This document shows positions 11,001-20,133 of a DNA stretch of 64,000 nucleotides, piece by piece. The stretch spans positions 640,001-704,000 of the forward strand of contig OY843584.1 in the NCBI GenBank assembly GCA_963692915.1, in the 5' to 3' direction. Position 1 is the stretch's first letter; each line of letters begins with the position of its first letter. Both the position numbers and the translations under genes were made by a program. The stretch is from Cenarchaeum sp. GTDB lineage: Archaea; Thermoproteota; Nitrososphaeria; Nitrososphaerales; Nitrosopumilaceae. The notes beneath the pieces were generated by a model that ran no database searches, was not told the origin of the DNA, and saw only the letters and a list, made by a program, of their open reading frames with translations.

Positions 11001-14000
11001 TGGTAATGTCAAACGGCGTGGCTGACACCGCCGTCGGGGCGCCGCCGCTCGTGCACACAGCCGAGAACGCGGTGGCCTGCGTCCCGCCGGTTCCGTCACG
11101 CGCCGTGCCGACAAACCACTCGTTGAGGTGGATGTTGCCCGTGACCGTGCTGGTGAACACGATCCTGACATAGGTCGAGTCCGCCACCCTGTGGGTCGTC
11201 GCCGTGTATGCGGCCGGCGGGATTATCTCCAGATACTCTTGCGTCACCACCATGCCGGCCGCAAGCGAATTGGGCACCGTGGCCTTGTCCGTGACTTGGC
11301 CGACGCGGATCATATAGGTGTCCCCGATTGTCGCATCACTGCCGAGGTTCATGCGCACAAAGCGATCCGAGCCGGGCTGCGTGAGGCTGCTCACGCCAAG
11401 GTCAGGCGTGATGCTCCACCCTGCAGTCGTGGATGGCAGCTCGACGTCTTCGGTGAACGTCACGTGCACGGTTCTGTGCGAGGGGAACGTGACAGTGTCT
11501 ATGGAGGGCACGAGCTTGTCCGAAACGATCACCTCTGAGCCGCTGGCCAGGGGGTGGCCGGCCCCGTCACTCAGGCCAGTGCCCATATACGTCACAGTCG
11601 GCGCAAAGCTAGTGTCAACGTCCGCATCCTCGTACTCTATGTTCACTCGGTCGCGCGCCGCGTTGAGGGTCGCGCTCGTGACTGTGACTGTGGTCGTGCC
11701 CTCGGCGACTGCCCAGTCTGTTGTAAGCACCGTTGCGCTTCTGGGCAGGTTCTCGGACAGCTTTACAGTCAGCATCGTGACCGACGTCGTCCTCGTGTCA
11801 CCGTCTGTGACCATTGTGGGAGGCGTGCGGTCTATGCTGACGCGGTATCCGGCACCTGCTATGGAGCTGCCGTCAGCATTAGTCGCGCCGGTTGTCAGGT
11901 TATCATGCGTGTATGTCGCCATGTTCCCCTCAGCGTCAGTCACGGTGAGCGTGAACGTGACGTCAACCTCTGGCGAGGTGCCCGTCACGGTGTGTGAATA
12001 GTTGTACTGGTAACGGGTCGGATCAGAGGAGGCACTGCGCTTCAGACCGCCAGCTGCCGAGGCCGTCGTCGACGAGCTCTCTCCCGGAAAGAGCGTGATG
12101 GTGGCGCGGGCAGGATCATAGCTTGCAGAATCTGTCAGGATAGCCGTGCTGCCGACGTATAGCGGTTCAGTGAATATTCCTATAACCCACACATTTTCAG
12201 CTAGGAGGGCAGGTTTCGCAAAGCCCGTCGTGTTGGGCGCATTCTCTTGCGCCCTCATGTACAGCGAGTCTCCGGCTGCCAGTTCGGGCGGCGCGCCGTC
12301 ACTGGCTTCAGTCGAGTACGACAGCACGGCATTTCCGCCATCCGTCAGGGTTCCGGCCACATACGTGACAGACGGCGTGGCCGCCGTCGAGGAGAGCGGC
12401 CCGTGCGTGATGAGCAGCTCCGTGACGGCAGGACTCGACGGTATGGCAGGCGTGACTGCGTCACCGGCCCCCGTCGTGGTCTCGGGCGTTGCAGTCACCG
12501 AGCCGGAGGTCGCCACAGTCGCCACGCGCGATATGCCCAGCGCCGCGTCCGGCGAGCCGGCAATGTCGTTCTCGGTGACCGTCCAGTTCCTCGTGTCAAG
12601 CGTGCCTCCAAGGCTGCCATCAAACGTGACCTTTGTTGTGGTCAGCGTCTGCGTCTCGGCCGTAAACGAGTTCGCAGGCGTGATCATGGCCGACTCTACT
12701 GCGCCCACCGCGTTGGCAGGCTCGGCCATGTCCGCTATATCATAGTCTGGAATCACCACGTACTCCGTGCCAGCCACGATCGGCGAGCCGAGGCTGAGTG
12801 TGTACGTTAACGGTGTTGGGCGCGTGGCGGACAGCACTTGTATCTCCACAGGGGTGACGGAGATGCTGCCTTCTTGTTCCACAACCCAGTCGTTGTCCGT
12901 GCCTTCGATGGCCGCGACGTACGGGTTGGACGTGCCCTCCATGTTCTCCACAAACGTGACGGGCTCGGTGAACGTGACGTGCAGCGAGGTCGGCGTGGTT
13001 ATCACGGCTGCCCTTATCTCCGGGGGCGCCGTGTCGGCGGCGACTGCCAGACCTGTTGGCACAGGCGTACTGCCGTAGTACAGGTCACCACTCGCCGAGC
13101 TGTATGTCACTTTTGGCGTCGAGGCCGTCGAGGCCAGGCCAACGTGAGTCAGGACGTACGAGCGGGCGAGCACTTCCATATCTTCAAAGATACCAATTGC
13201 CGACGTGACTGCCATGACCATCCTGTCCGTGCCGTCCTCGCTCACTTTCCAGTCGTTGACATCGAGTGTGCCGGTCGGGCGCGACGGAAATGTCACGGCG
13301 ATGTGATCTGAGTCTAGCGTCCTTGCAGTAAAGACTGCCGGCGGGGCGTCCCCGTTTGCAGCTGACACCGAGCGCTCCGTGACTGCGTTGCCCTGCGCGT
13401 CGGCCAGTCCGGTCGACGGCAGGCTGACCGTGTGCTCTATTCCATTAACGGCGTTGGAGGCCAGCGTGATGGTAAGCGTGTTTGCGCTTGCGTCATACGC
13501 CGGCGATCCCGTTGCCTGCGGTACGGTGTCCGGAGCGTCACCATCATCGCTTCCATCAGGCATTGTGACTGTGTACGCCAGGCCGGCTATTGTCCCCGCG
13601 TTGGCCATCGACTCGCCAAAGTTGACTGTGATCATGTTATCCGCGCTAAACGAGGCAACGGGTGCTGGCGGCGTGCCGTCTGTGGCCTGAGGGGCGGGCA
13701 GCGCATTAAGCGTTTTGTCCGCAAGATCCACGATCCCCGGCGGGGCACTATCGCCAGTCGGCACCGTATAGGCAACTACCGGCATGGCAGCAGTTGAGCC
13801 CGTGTCCGGGTGTGTCAGTGTGAGTGCGCCGTTGAGCTGGCTGCCAGCAGCCGAGGCGCCAAACCCGCCAACAGTCCATCCGGCAGCGCGCGAGCCGACG
13901 GCGGGCAGGACGACGGCCTCGCTGAACGAGACGTCCGTCTCGGTTCGGCTCACAGTCTTTGCCGTGTACGTCGGCCGCACTGCGTCGACGGACTCGGCGG

Positions 14001-16905
14001 TGAAATGTGGCACGTTGAGCCCAAGTGGGTTAACCACAGAGCCAATGCTAATGTTGTGCCTGACAGCCGGTGTGGATCCCGTCGAAGAGAGCGGCGCGTG
14101 CGTGATCGTCATCTCTGTTGCCGTGTTCACAACTAGTGTAGCGATCAAAGCCTGCCCATGGAGTCGGCTCGCAGATTTGGTGCCTAGCACAATTGTCGTT
14201 ACCTGTCTATCCTCGGATGTCATCGAATCACCGTCGTCGTCGTCAGTCACCACCCACTGTCCCACGTTGAGAATATTAGACGGTGCGCCAAAGAACGACA
14301 CAGTCGTGCTCGTCGGCGAGTTCGTCACTGCCGTGAATGGCGGCGCACGAGTCACAACACTCGTGGCCGTCAGGGCGTTGCCGGACGTGTCGGCCAGTCC
14401 GGAGGACGGCAGTGTCACCGTGTACTCATCGTAGCGTAACGCCGGGTCAGTCAACATGAGCTCCAGCGTGCGTGTCGCCGGATTGTACTCGTGCGATCCT
14501 GACAGCGTCACGGTTTCTGTAGGCCCAAGCACGCCAAAGTCGTTTGTCGAAGGCTTTTTGCTCGCCGTGTAGGTGAGGCCCGCTATCGTCTCCGGACTGG
14601 CAAGCTCCTCGCTAAAGGTCACTTTGATCACGCTCGACGTCCCAAATGACGCGCTCGCCGTGGGCCCGATGCCGTCGGTGAGGGGCACAGACGATCCGGT
14701 GCGCAGGACGACGTGTCCCGACGCGTCAACGACCCTGTTGCTGGCCATATCGGATCCCGTGTACAGCAGTGCCGTGCCGGCGCCCAAGTGGGTAAAGTCC
14801 AGCGCCTGCGTGCGCGTGAGCGTGATCGTGTTGGTGATGACAACGCCCGAGTCAAACGTTATGCCGCCGCCAATGGTCCACTCTGAGCCCGTGAGGACAA
14901 TATTGGTGTCGACAGACCTTGAGAGCGTCGCGCTCACCTGCGTTGGCGAGTCGAGTGTCGCCGAGACCAGCGTCATCGGGGTGCCGTCGACGACCGTTTT
15001 TGGCGGCGGTATCATGTCGATGCGATTAACCGGCATCAGTTCATCCAGCGTGAACGGGTCGCTGTCCATCGTGTCGCCGCCCGAGTCGGCCAGGGCCGTC
15101 TGTCCTGCCGGAAGCGTCGCGGGCTCCCTGAACAGGATGCCCGGCAGTGATGTCAACTTCGCGTCCAACATTGACATGTGCCTTAGCGTAAACGCAGTCG
15201 CCGAGTCGAGCTCGACTGTTGGCGAGCGCAGCAGGTCGACTGTGCTGTGCTCGCCGGCCCTGACTGACTGGATCTCCAGTGTAACCGGACCGTCAGACGT
15301 CATGCCCGCGAGGCTCCAGTCAGCGGCGCGCAGCGTCCCGCTCACGGCCTCGTCAAGCCTGACTACTGTCGTGCGGTCGCCCGTCGAGAGCGCCACAGAG
15401 ATCTCGGGGGCAGGCGAGTCAACGAGCGAGACCCCGCCACTCCCGCTGCTGCGGTTTGGCGGCGTGGCTCCATCCCCAAACTGAGTCGCCTCGGGATAGT
15501 ATTCGGCGCTCTTGAGGCGCTGTGGCAGTGTCCCAACCACCTCGTTGGGGTTGGTCGGCGAGACCATGAGATTGGAGCCCCCAACAGAGCCTGCAACAGA
15601 TCCTAATGAGAGGCGTTCGGTGTACACTTTGATAACGGAATCTGGAAGTATAGTGACGGGGGCATTGAATCTGGCGCTCACGGTCGTGCCATCACGGCTA
15701 ACAGATGCGCTAATAGTGCCAATGCCAACCTTGTCGAGTGCGACGATCTCCCACACCCCGGCGCCCAGGTCCGTGCCGCCAAACACTAGACCCCCGGTGG
15801 CCGGTGAGGTGTACCTGATCGTCGGCGTCTCATCAGGACCCAAGACGTCACTAGAGGCAATTCTAAGGTCAAAGTCTAGCCTCCCAGTTAGCGTTTCCGT
15901 GGGGCCTCTAGGAGGTGTAAAGGGATTTCCAAGTTCCGTAACGGGTATCTCCCTTGTAGAATCAGGGAGGTTGATGATGGTGAACTCGGATGCGCGAACC
16001 GTGCTGCCGGTTGCAGCGGACCTGAGAACTACTTTGTAGAAACCTTCGCCGGTCTTTTCCACACGGTCGAACGGCGGCGTGTGCGTCAGTGTGCACACGG
16101 CGCCGCACGGTGAGGGGCCAATTGGGAGATCGGCGTTGCCGGTGAATGTCTGCGCGATGGTGTACACGACACCGGGGATCGCATTGGCGCTTAGCGTGGC
16201 TATGACGGCCCTGGCGCCTTGACGCATAACACTCGACACCTCGATCACGTCGGGCATGGTGTCCGCGTCATGTGGGGTTACCGTGTCATCAGGCGCCGTG
16301 ACCGCAAGGTTGGACGACACGACAGTATCACTGGCGACACTGCCTGAGAACCCCATGCGAATCGTCTTTGAGCCCGTAAACTCTGCAGAGGACAGATTAG
16401 GCGCGTTCAAGACCACATTGGCAGCGTTGCCAGACGAGAGGCCTTGCCATGTTATCGCCCCTGCCCCCGATGAGGGGTTTGTGTTTGGGGTAGTTGCCGT
16501 GTCCGTGGCCACGATGTTAAAGGTGAAGGTGAACGGACCGCTGTCATTGGCGGCTATGACGTGCGTGTGCGACCAGGACCGGTCATTGCCGTCGGCGGTG
16601 TTGACCATGGCCACGCCCGACGGTGACCTCTGCGCGCCAGGGGCCGTTATCGTCGGCGCCGGCGATGTCACGACGTCCTCGTCAAACGTCACGTCCACGG
16701 TAATCCTGTCACCGATGCTCGCCCAGAACGCACGACTTCCCGTGCGATCCACAAAGGTGCCTTCAACATTGTCGGCCACGGTGACTGTGAGGACAGTGAC
16801 CCCCGGAGGCGTCGTGTCTGCCGCCTGGGCCGACGCGCCGCTGACAGAGGCGGCAAGGAAGAGCGACATGATCGCAAACGCCAATGTTGGCACTGCAGCC
16901 CGCAT
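8032..16905 (-). CDS. Giant secreted Ig-like-repeat surface protein, paralog 2 (2957 aa)
   Basis: N-terminal signal peptide and Thr/Ala/Ser/Asp-rich beta-sandwich-like repeats (PP.FTA.T...VTF). The N-terminal domain recurs near aa ~2190. The C-terminal region DLVIWTNHFTRF...CDDCTPPTLGVDSTGTRRVSQGFSYNG resembles the C-terminal module of large Nitrosopumilaceae surface proteins. Confidence 0.9.
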   Translation of the reverse strand: MRAAVPTLAFAIMSLFLAASVSGASAQAADTTPPGVTVLTVTVADNVEGTFVDRTGSRAFWASIGDRITVDVTFDEDVVTSPAPTITAPGAQRSPSGVAMVNTADGNDRSWSHTHVIAANDSGPFTFTFNIVATDTATTPNTNPSSGAGAITWQGLSSGNAANVVLNAPNLSSAEFTGSKTIRMGFSGSVASDTVVSSNLAVTAPDDTVTPHDADTMPDVIEVSSVMRQGARAVIATLSANAIPGVVYTIAQTFTGNADLPIGPSPCGAVCTLTHTPPFDRVEKTGEGFYKVVLRSAATGSTVRASEFTIINLPDSTREIPVTELGNPFTPPRGPTETLTGRLDFDLRIASSDVLGPDETPTIRYTSPATGGLVFGGTDLGAGVWEIVALDKVGIGTISASVSRDGTTVSARFNAPVTILPDSVIKVYTERLSLGSVAGSVGGSNLMVSPTNPNEVVGTLPQRLKSAEYYPEATQFGDGATPPNRSSGSGGVSLVDSPAPEISVALSTGDRTTVVRLDEAVSGTLRAADWSLAGMTSDGPVTLEIQSVRAGEHSTVDLLRSPTVELDSATAFTLRHMSMLDAKLTSLPGILFREPATLPAGQTALADSGGDTMDSDPFTLDELMPVNRIDMIPPPKTVVDGTPMTLVSATLDSPTQVSATLSRSVDTNIVLTGSEWTIGGGITFDSGVVITNTITLTRTQALDFTHLGAGTALLYTGSDMASNRVVDASGHVVLRTGSSVPLTDGIGPTASASFGTSSVIKVTFSEELASPETIAGLTYTASKKPSTNDFGVLGPTETVTLSGSHEYNPATRTLELMLTDPALRYDEYTVTLPSSGLADTSGNALTATSVVTRAPPFTAVTNSPTSTTVSFFGAPSNILNVGQWVVTDDDDGDSMTSEDRQVTTIVLGTKSASRLHGQALIATLVVNTATEMTITHAPLSSTGSTPAVRHNISIGSVVNPLGLNVPHFTAESVDAVRPTYTAKTVSRTETDVSFSEAVVLPAVGSRAAGWTVGGFGASAAGSQLNGALTLTHPDTGSTAAMPVVAYTVPTGDSAPPGIVDLADKTLNALPAPQATDGTPPAPVASFSADNMITVNFGESMANAGTIAGLAYTVTMPDGSDDGDAPDTVPQATGSPAYDASANTLTITLASNAVNGIEHTVSLPSTGLADAQGNAVTERSVSAANGDAPPAVFTARTLDSDHIAVTFPSRPTGTLDVNDWKVSEDGTDRMVMAVTSAIGIFEDMEVLARSYVLTHVGLASTASTPKVTYSSASGDLYYGSTPVPTGLAVAADTAPPEIRAAVITTPTSLHVTFTEPVTFVENMEGTSNPYVAAIEGTDNDWVVEQEGSISVTPVEIQVLSATRPTPLTYTLSLGSPIVAGTEYVVIPDYDIADMAEPANAVGAVESAMITPANSFTAETQTLTTTKVTFDGSLGGTLDTRNWTVTENDIAGSPDAALGISRVATVATSGSVTATPETTTGAGDAVTPAIPSSPAVTELLITHGPLSSTAATPSVTYVAGTLTDGGNAVLSYSTEASDGAPPELAAGDSLYMRAQENAPNTTGFAKPALLAENVWVIGIFTEPLYVGSTAILTDSASYDPARATITLFPGESSSTTASAAGGLKRSASSDPTRYQYNYSHTVTGTSPEVDVTFTLTVTDAEGNMATYTHDNLTTGATNADGSSIAGAGYRVSIDRTPPTMVTDGDTRTTSVTMLTVKLSENLPRSATVLTTDWAVAEGTTTVTVTSATLNAARDRVNIEYEDADVDTSFAPTVTYMGTGLSDGAGHPLASGSEVIVSDKLVPSIDTVTFPSHRTVHVTFTEDVELPSTTAGWSITPDLGVSSLTQPGSDRFVRMNLGSDATIGDTYMIRVGQVTDKATVPNSLAAGMVVTQEYLEIIPPAAYTATTHRVADSTYVRIVFTSTVTGNIHLNEWFVGTARDGTGGTQATAFSAVCTSGGAPTAVSATPFDITSICQGTDTEPLTFYIGYDAQASDATPHIAYRPASGQTMPVLLASDGTPIAGRTTAIDGLPPLFTAKTVSPRSIEVTFDEDVTAAAGGPDASRWYHYATATTPPALPTATELAAAVTAGTSFGTATLEGRTLTLTLAESTVITSGWGTGDTTITPPALGYDVPASMMSDILDASAAANGLAANTATNNIADDAPLSAYPLTLTVADEASGSFTDRTGANSQHANAGDRITLDVTFSEDIVTSPAPTITVPGTHRTSAPTAMGNDGDTDDRTWSHSFVVDAADDNAPLEFAIRATGANPATDVELTQSHITSGGNAVIDTVPPELLYVVRPPMNDHDSDQRLIFTEPVHGTAMAVSQGPDTAHTFGPVHNNMFTVPADAPTDTIKQFQAVIAGTGTYSLTLTGLTDRADNPLVYTVNREQTTPVRAGSGSTLAVPEFSVPPAGSYTIEAPEGERGGLGESTIIRLTEQRSDTLAGTITVNVDGVTVTLRQSTVVEDFGDVDTDESVVVVRLPPPARDTEYVAAIGADEEETAANEAVTRVLASRPPATLVELGKSGDAAPMTFDRPVAIRLLGAGAAVHAFWLSGPNGLTVNAIPECESRDASEVPGDIGSGAIELNECRVRDGGDLVIWTNHFTRFGATAPGVSGGGGDGCDDCTPPTLGVDSTGTRRVSQGFSYNGEAVDAEYYYTPMPLITVETGVENVAIIKVFEDTGPLNVRHVGLAFGLGRGQHFGESGAEIRVSLPYGNGNATASVGGAVDTIDAETLRASSEIGACMPGSEAECRIVTIHHTFREPLNFDVVSTVVWDERRNSWQNFFNHGVHVTGESLNPSHGIEVNGGALVLYPLIAGNVDADGDGTYDYDTRHVTYMLDGEYRVYRITPAGTYEPLRNLASLHHEIDESMYEEDRATQHGWARGTDSFAELIASERAIAEEHLRAMGVVPAAPAAEPAYVASPEPEDQKEYLERLRAKIAHEINLAELALLEMYPAPPPE

Positions 16906-16928
16906 ACTGCCGCCTTCTCAACACGCGG

Positions 16929-16937
16929 GTATATAAC
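16929..16937 (-). promoter_or_regulatory. Putative TATA box of paralog 2
   Basis: GTTATATAC, 24-32 nt upstream of ATG 16905. Confidence 0.65.
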
Positions 16938-16964
16938 ACCATTTGTCGGTTTGCGCCCAAAATG

Positions 16965-16981
16965 CCCCCCCCCCCCCCCCC
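16965..16981 (-). repeat. G17 homopolymer (C17 on +) upstream of paralog 2 promoter
   Basis: 17 consecutive C with the same flanks as at 7452-7470. Confidence 0.9.
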
Positions 16982-17313
16982 ATTATACGGCATATCCCCG
17001 CCTAGCCGCGCAGCATTCTGCGATCAGCCGGACCTCGGAGATGTGGCAGACACGCACGTGGGCAGGGGCGCCACAAGGCCAGGCGGGAATCACCCATTCC
17101 AGCATAAACCCAGACTCCCACCGGCAGACAAAAGATCCCACGGGCCATAAACCCCCCTCCCATGCCATTGGGCCCATCATCCCCACAGCCCCGACCCCAC
17201 GCGTGGGGTGACTGCCATGAACGGCGAGCCGGCAGAACCCCCACAGGCACGCCAACGGGCCGCTGCCAGGGCGCCCCAACGGTTTTAACACCAAGGAGAG
17301 CGCGCGCGATCGC

Positions 17314-18534
17314 GTGCTAACGATAGACGATCTCGAGCTGCACGGCAGAACGGTCTTCCTGAGGGCAGACATGAACTGCCCAGTAGACGCCGCGACCGGA
17401 GAGATTGCCGGAACGGGCAGGATAGAGGAGACGGCCGAGACGGTCAGGGATTTACAGGGCGCAAAGGTAGTCATTGCGTCACACCAGGGCAGGGTGGGCA
17501 ACTCGGAGTATACCGGAATGGTAGAGCACGCAAAGGTAATGTCGCGCGTCCTGGGACGCAAGATAGAGCACGTGCAGGACGTCATCGGCGAGGCCGCAAG
17601 CAGGGCAATATCATCCATGAGTGACGGCGACGTTCTCCTGCTTGACAACCTGAGGCTGTGCGCCGAGGAGAATTACGAGTTCTCCCCGGAAGAGGCAGCG
17701 GCCACGATAATGGTAAAGAGGCTATCCGGACTATTTGACGCGTGCGTTCTGGACTCGTTTCCTAGCGCGCACAGGGCACACCCTTCGCTAGTCGGAATGC
17801 CAAGGGTACTTCCCGCGTGCGCCGGCAGGCTAGTCGAGCGCGAGGTTCGCCGGCTAGGCGAGATAATGTCTGTCGCAAAGGCGCCGCACGTGCTCGTCCT
17901 CGGCGGAGCAAAGGTTCGCGACAGGCTAGAGGCCATCAGGCTGCTCATCGAGGGCGGGAGGGCCGACCACGTGCTGCTCACCGGCATGGTAGCTAGCGTG
18001 TTCCTGCGCGCGCAGGGAAGGATCGGCCACGAGCTCGGGCTGCATGACGAGCGGGGCCTCGTCTCGACTGCCCACTCGCTCATCGGCGAGCACCCCGGCG
18101 TGTTCATGACGCCTGTTGACGTCGCCCTGGAGGGAACGTCAGGCCGGTCCGTAGTCGACGTGCGCGAGCTGCCCGGAGGCGCGCACGTGCTAGACATTGG
18201 GGAAAAGACCGTCGCGCACTATGCGAGGACGATATCGGGGGCAGGAACCGTCTTTATGTCAGGGCCGGCCGGAATGTTTGAGCGCGAGGGCTTTGAGGCC
18301 GGCACGCGGGGCCTACTGGAGGCAGTCTGCGACTCGATGGCAACGACAGTCGTGAGCGGCGGGCACCTGAGCACGGCGCTGAGGAGGTACGGCCTCTCGG
18401 GCCGCGTTGACCATGTCAGCACCGCCGGCGGCGCGCTGGTCCAGTACATGGCCGGACGGCGCCTTCCGATGATGCGCGCACTAGACGAGGCCGGCGAGCG
18501 CGAGCTGGAGAGGCGCGCCGGCAAGTCAGGCTAG
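17314..18534 (+). CDS. pgk: Phosphoglycerate kinase
   Basis: VFLRADMNCP, ASHQGR, LLDNLR, VLGGAKV, SGGH and VSTAGGA motifs; 406 aa. Confidence 0.96.
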   Translation: MLTIDDLELHGRTVFLRADMNCPVDAATGEIAGTGRIEETAETVRDLQGAKVVIASHQGRVGNSEYTGMVEHAKVMSRVLGRKIEHVQDVIGEAASRAISSMSDGDVLLLDNLRLCAEENYEFSPEEAAATIMVKRLSGLFDACVLDSFPSAHRAHPSLVGMPRVLPACAGRLVEREVRRLGEIMSVAKAPHVLVLGGAKVRDRLEAIRLLIEGGRADHVLLTGMVASVFLRAQGRIGHELGLHDERGLVSTAHSLIGEHPGVFMTPVDVALEGTSGRSVVDVRELPGGAHVLDIGEKTVAHYARTISGAGTVFMSGPAGMFEREGFEAGTRGLLEAVCDSMATTVVSGGHLSTALRRYGLSGRVDHVSTAGGALVQYMAGRRLPMMRALDEAGERELERRAGKSG

Positions 18535-18545
18535 GGCGCCCGCTC

Positions 18546-18750
18546 GGCGTTTTGGCAAAAAAAATCACACACTAGGGGACTCTGCTCTTTTGCCATACTG
18601 GCGGCCCGGCGTGTTGGCAAAAAAAAAAATCACACTAGGGAACACTCTGCTCTTTTGCCATACTGCCGGCCAGGCGTTTTGAAAAAAATCACACTAGGGG
18701 GTACTCTATGTGTTCTTGCGCCATACTGTCCGCCAGGCGTTTTGAATAAA
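18546..18750. repeat. Three imperfect ~62-bp tandem repeats between convergent genes
   Basis: Unit GGCGTTTTGGCAAAAAAAATCACACTAGGG..CTCTGCTCTTTTGCCATACTG.CGGCC occurs three times with variable A-run lengths. Internal TGGCAAAA/TTTTGCCA inverted repeat in the first two units. Confidence 0.85.
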
Positions 18751-18831
18751 ACGCGCACGGGCAGACTATGCAAAAAAAAACGCAAAGGCGGAAACACGGG
18801 GGAGATCATCTGGCGCGCGCAGAAAGGCGCA

Positions 18832-19929
18832 CTAGAGTCGGCGAACAGTCCCAAACATCGTGTCGCGCTGGATTGGCGTGCGCCCAATCTCGCGAACGAG
18901 CGCGCCGAGCTCGTCAACGGAAGAGCCAGTGGACTTGCCGGCGGCCCTGTATATCTCCTCAGAGAACGCGGTCCCGACGAGGTCGTTGCCGCCGTTGGAG
19001 AGGGCGACCTGCGCGAGCTTTTTTCCGTACGCGACCCAATAGACCGAGATGTTGTCTAGCGCGCCGGCGAGCATGAGGCGCGAGGCGGCCATGACGCGCA
19101 GGTCGTATATCGAGGAGCACTCGGCAGTCACGTCCCCGTCGCGGACCAGCTCCGTGTTCTCTAGGCTGAACTTTAGCGGGATGAACGTGATAAACCCACC
19201 AGTCCTCTTTTGGAGCTCGCGCACGCGCAAGAGGTGGTCAACGACATGCTCGGGCCGCTCGACGTGCCCGTATAGCATCGTCACGTTGCTCCTTATGCCC
19301 TGCCTGTGCGCCTCCTCGACTGTGTCAAGCCACTCCTGGCCGCTGCACTTGCCGCGCACGACCCTCTTGCGCACGTCCGGATGGAGTATCTCGGCGCCCC
19401 CGCCGGGAAGCGTGTCAAGGCCGGCGTCCTTTAGCCTCGAGAGAATCTCGCGCACGCTGACTTTTGTGAGGGCCGAGAGGTAGAATATCTCGGCTGCCGT
19501 GAACGCCTTTATATGCATGTCCGGCTGGCTCTTTTTTATCGAGCGCATCATCTCCTCATAGTACTCGAGGGGAAGCTTTGGGTGAAACCCGCCGACAATG
19601 TGGACCTCCGTTGCGCCCATGCCCCGCGCCGCCGAGACGCGCGCAGTTATCTGCTCGGCGCTAAGCGTGTACGCGTCATCATCGCCGGCCTTGCGATAGA
19701 AAGCGCACATTTGGCAGCTCGCAGCGCAGACGTTGGTATAGTTCATGTAGTAGGATGCGGCAAACGTCACGGCATCGCCCACGCTCCGGCGGCGAACCTC
19801 GTCGGCGACGGCGCCGACCATGTGCAGGTTTTCAAGCGAGAAGATCTCCATGCCGTCCTCGGCGTCAAGCTCCTCGCCCGCAAGGGCCCGCTCAAGCGCG
19901 CGTGACTTGCCCACTAGGCTCTCTAGCAC
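18832..19929 (-). CDS. mqnE: Radical SAM protein, aminofutalosine synthase MqnE / CofH-MqnC family
   Basis: NYTNVCAASCQMCAF (CxxxCxxC), EVHIVGG, LPGGGAEI, NVTMLYGH. Likely GTG start at 19929 downstream of a TTATAT box. Confidence 0.78.
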   Translation of the reverse strand: MLESLVGKSRALERALAGEELDAEDGMEIFSLENLHMVGAVADEVRRRSVGDAVTFAASYYMNYTNVCAASCQMCAFYRKAGDDDAYTLSAEQITARVSAARGMGATEVHIVGGFHPKLPLEYYEEMMRSIKKSQPDMHIKAFTAAEIFYLSALTKVSVREILSRLKDAGLDTLPGGGAEILHPDVRKRVVRGKCSGQEWLDTVEEAHRQGIRSNVTMLYGHVERPEHVVDHLLRVRELQKRTGGFITFIPLKFSLENTELVRDGDVTAECSSIYDLRVMAASRLMLAGALDNISVYWVAYGKKLAQVALSNGGNDLVGTAFSEEIYRAAGKSTGSSVDELGALVREIGRTPIQRDTMFGTVRRL

Positions 19930-20133
19930 AAGGGCGCGCAGCAGGCGGGCAAATATAACGCTTGAGCGCGCCACAGTCCTGCGCCACCTGCGCGCAAATG
20001 TCGGGGAATTCCTGGACCAGTGTGCGCCATGGCGCCGCCAGAGAGCTTAATCGCGCAGGAGACCGCATCAGGCCAGAGTCCACGGCCCATGGCAGGCTAT
20101 ATCATATATAGCCGCGCAGCGCAGAATTCGCGC

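Noticed and set aside
1-16905. Diversity-generating retroelement explanation for paralog variation
   Set aside because: No reverse transcriptase in the window, and the differences are block-wise with indels rather than adenine-specific TR/VR substitutions.
121-16936. Many long + strand ORFs (e.g. 4730..6199, 6215..7423, 14573..15484)
   Set aside because: Antisense shadow frames of the GC-rich giant minus-strand genes, with no motifs.
18546-18750. Possible mini-CRISPR array or replication origin (ORB) repeats
   Set aside because: Units are contiguous with no unique spacers, no cas or cdc6 genes are nearby, and there is no ORB-like GTTCCAGTGGAAAC motif.
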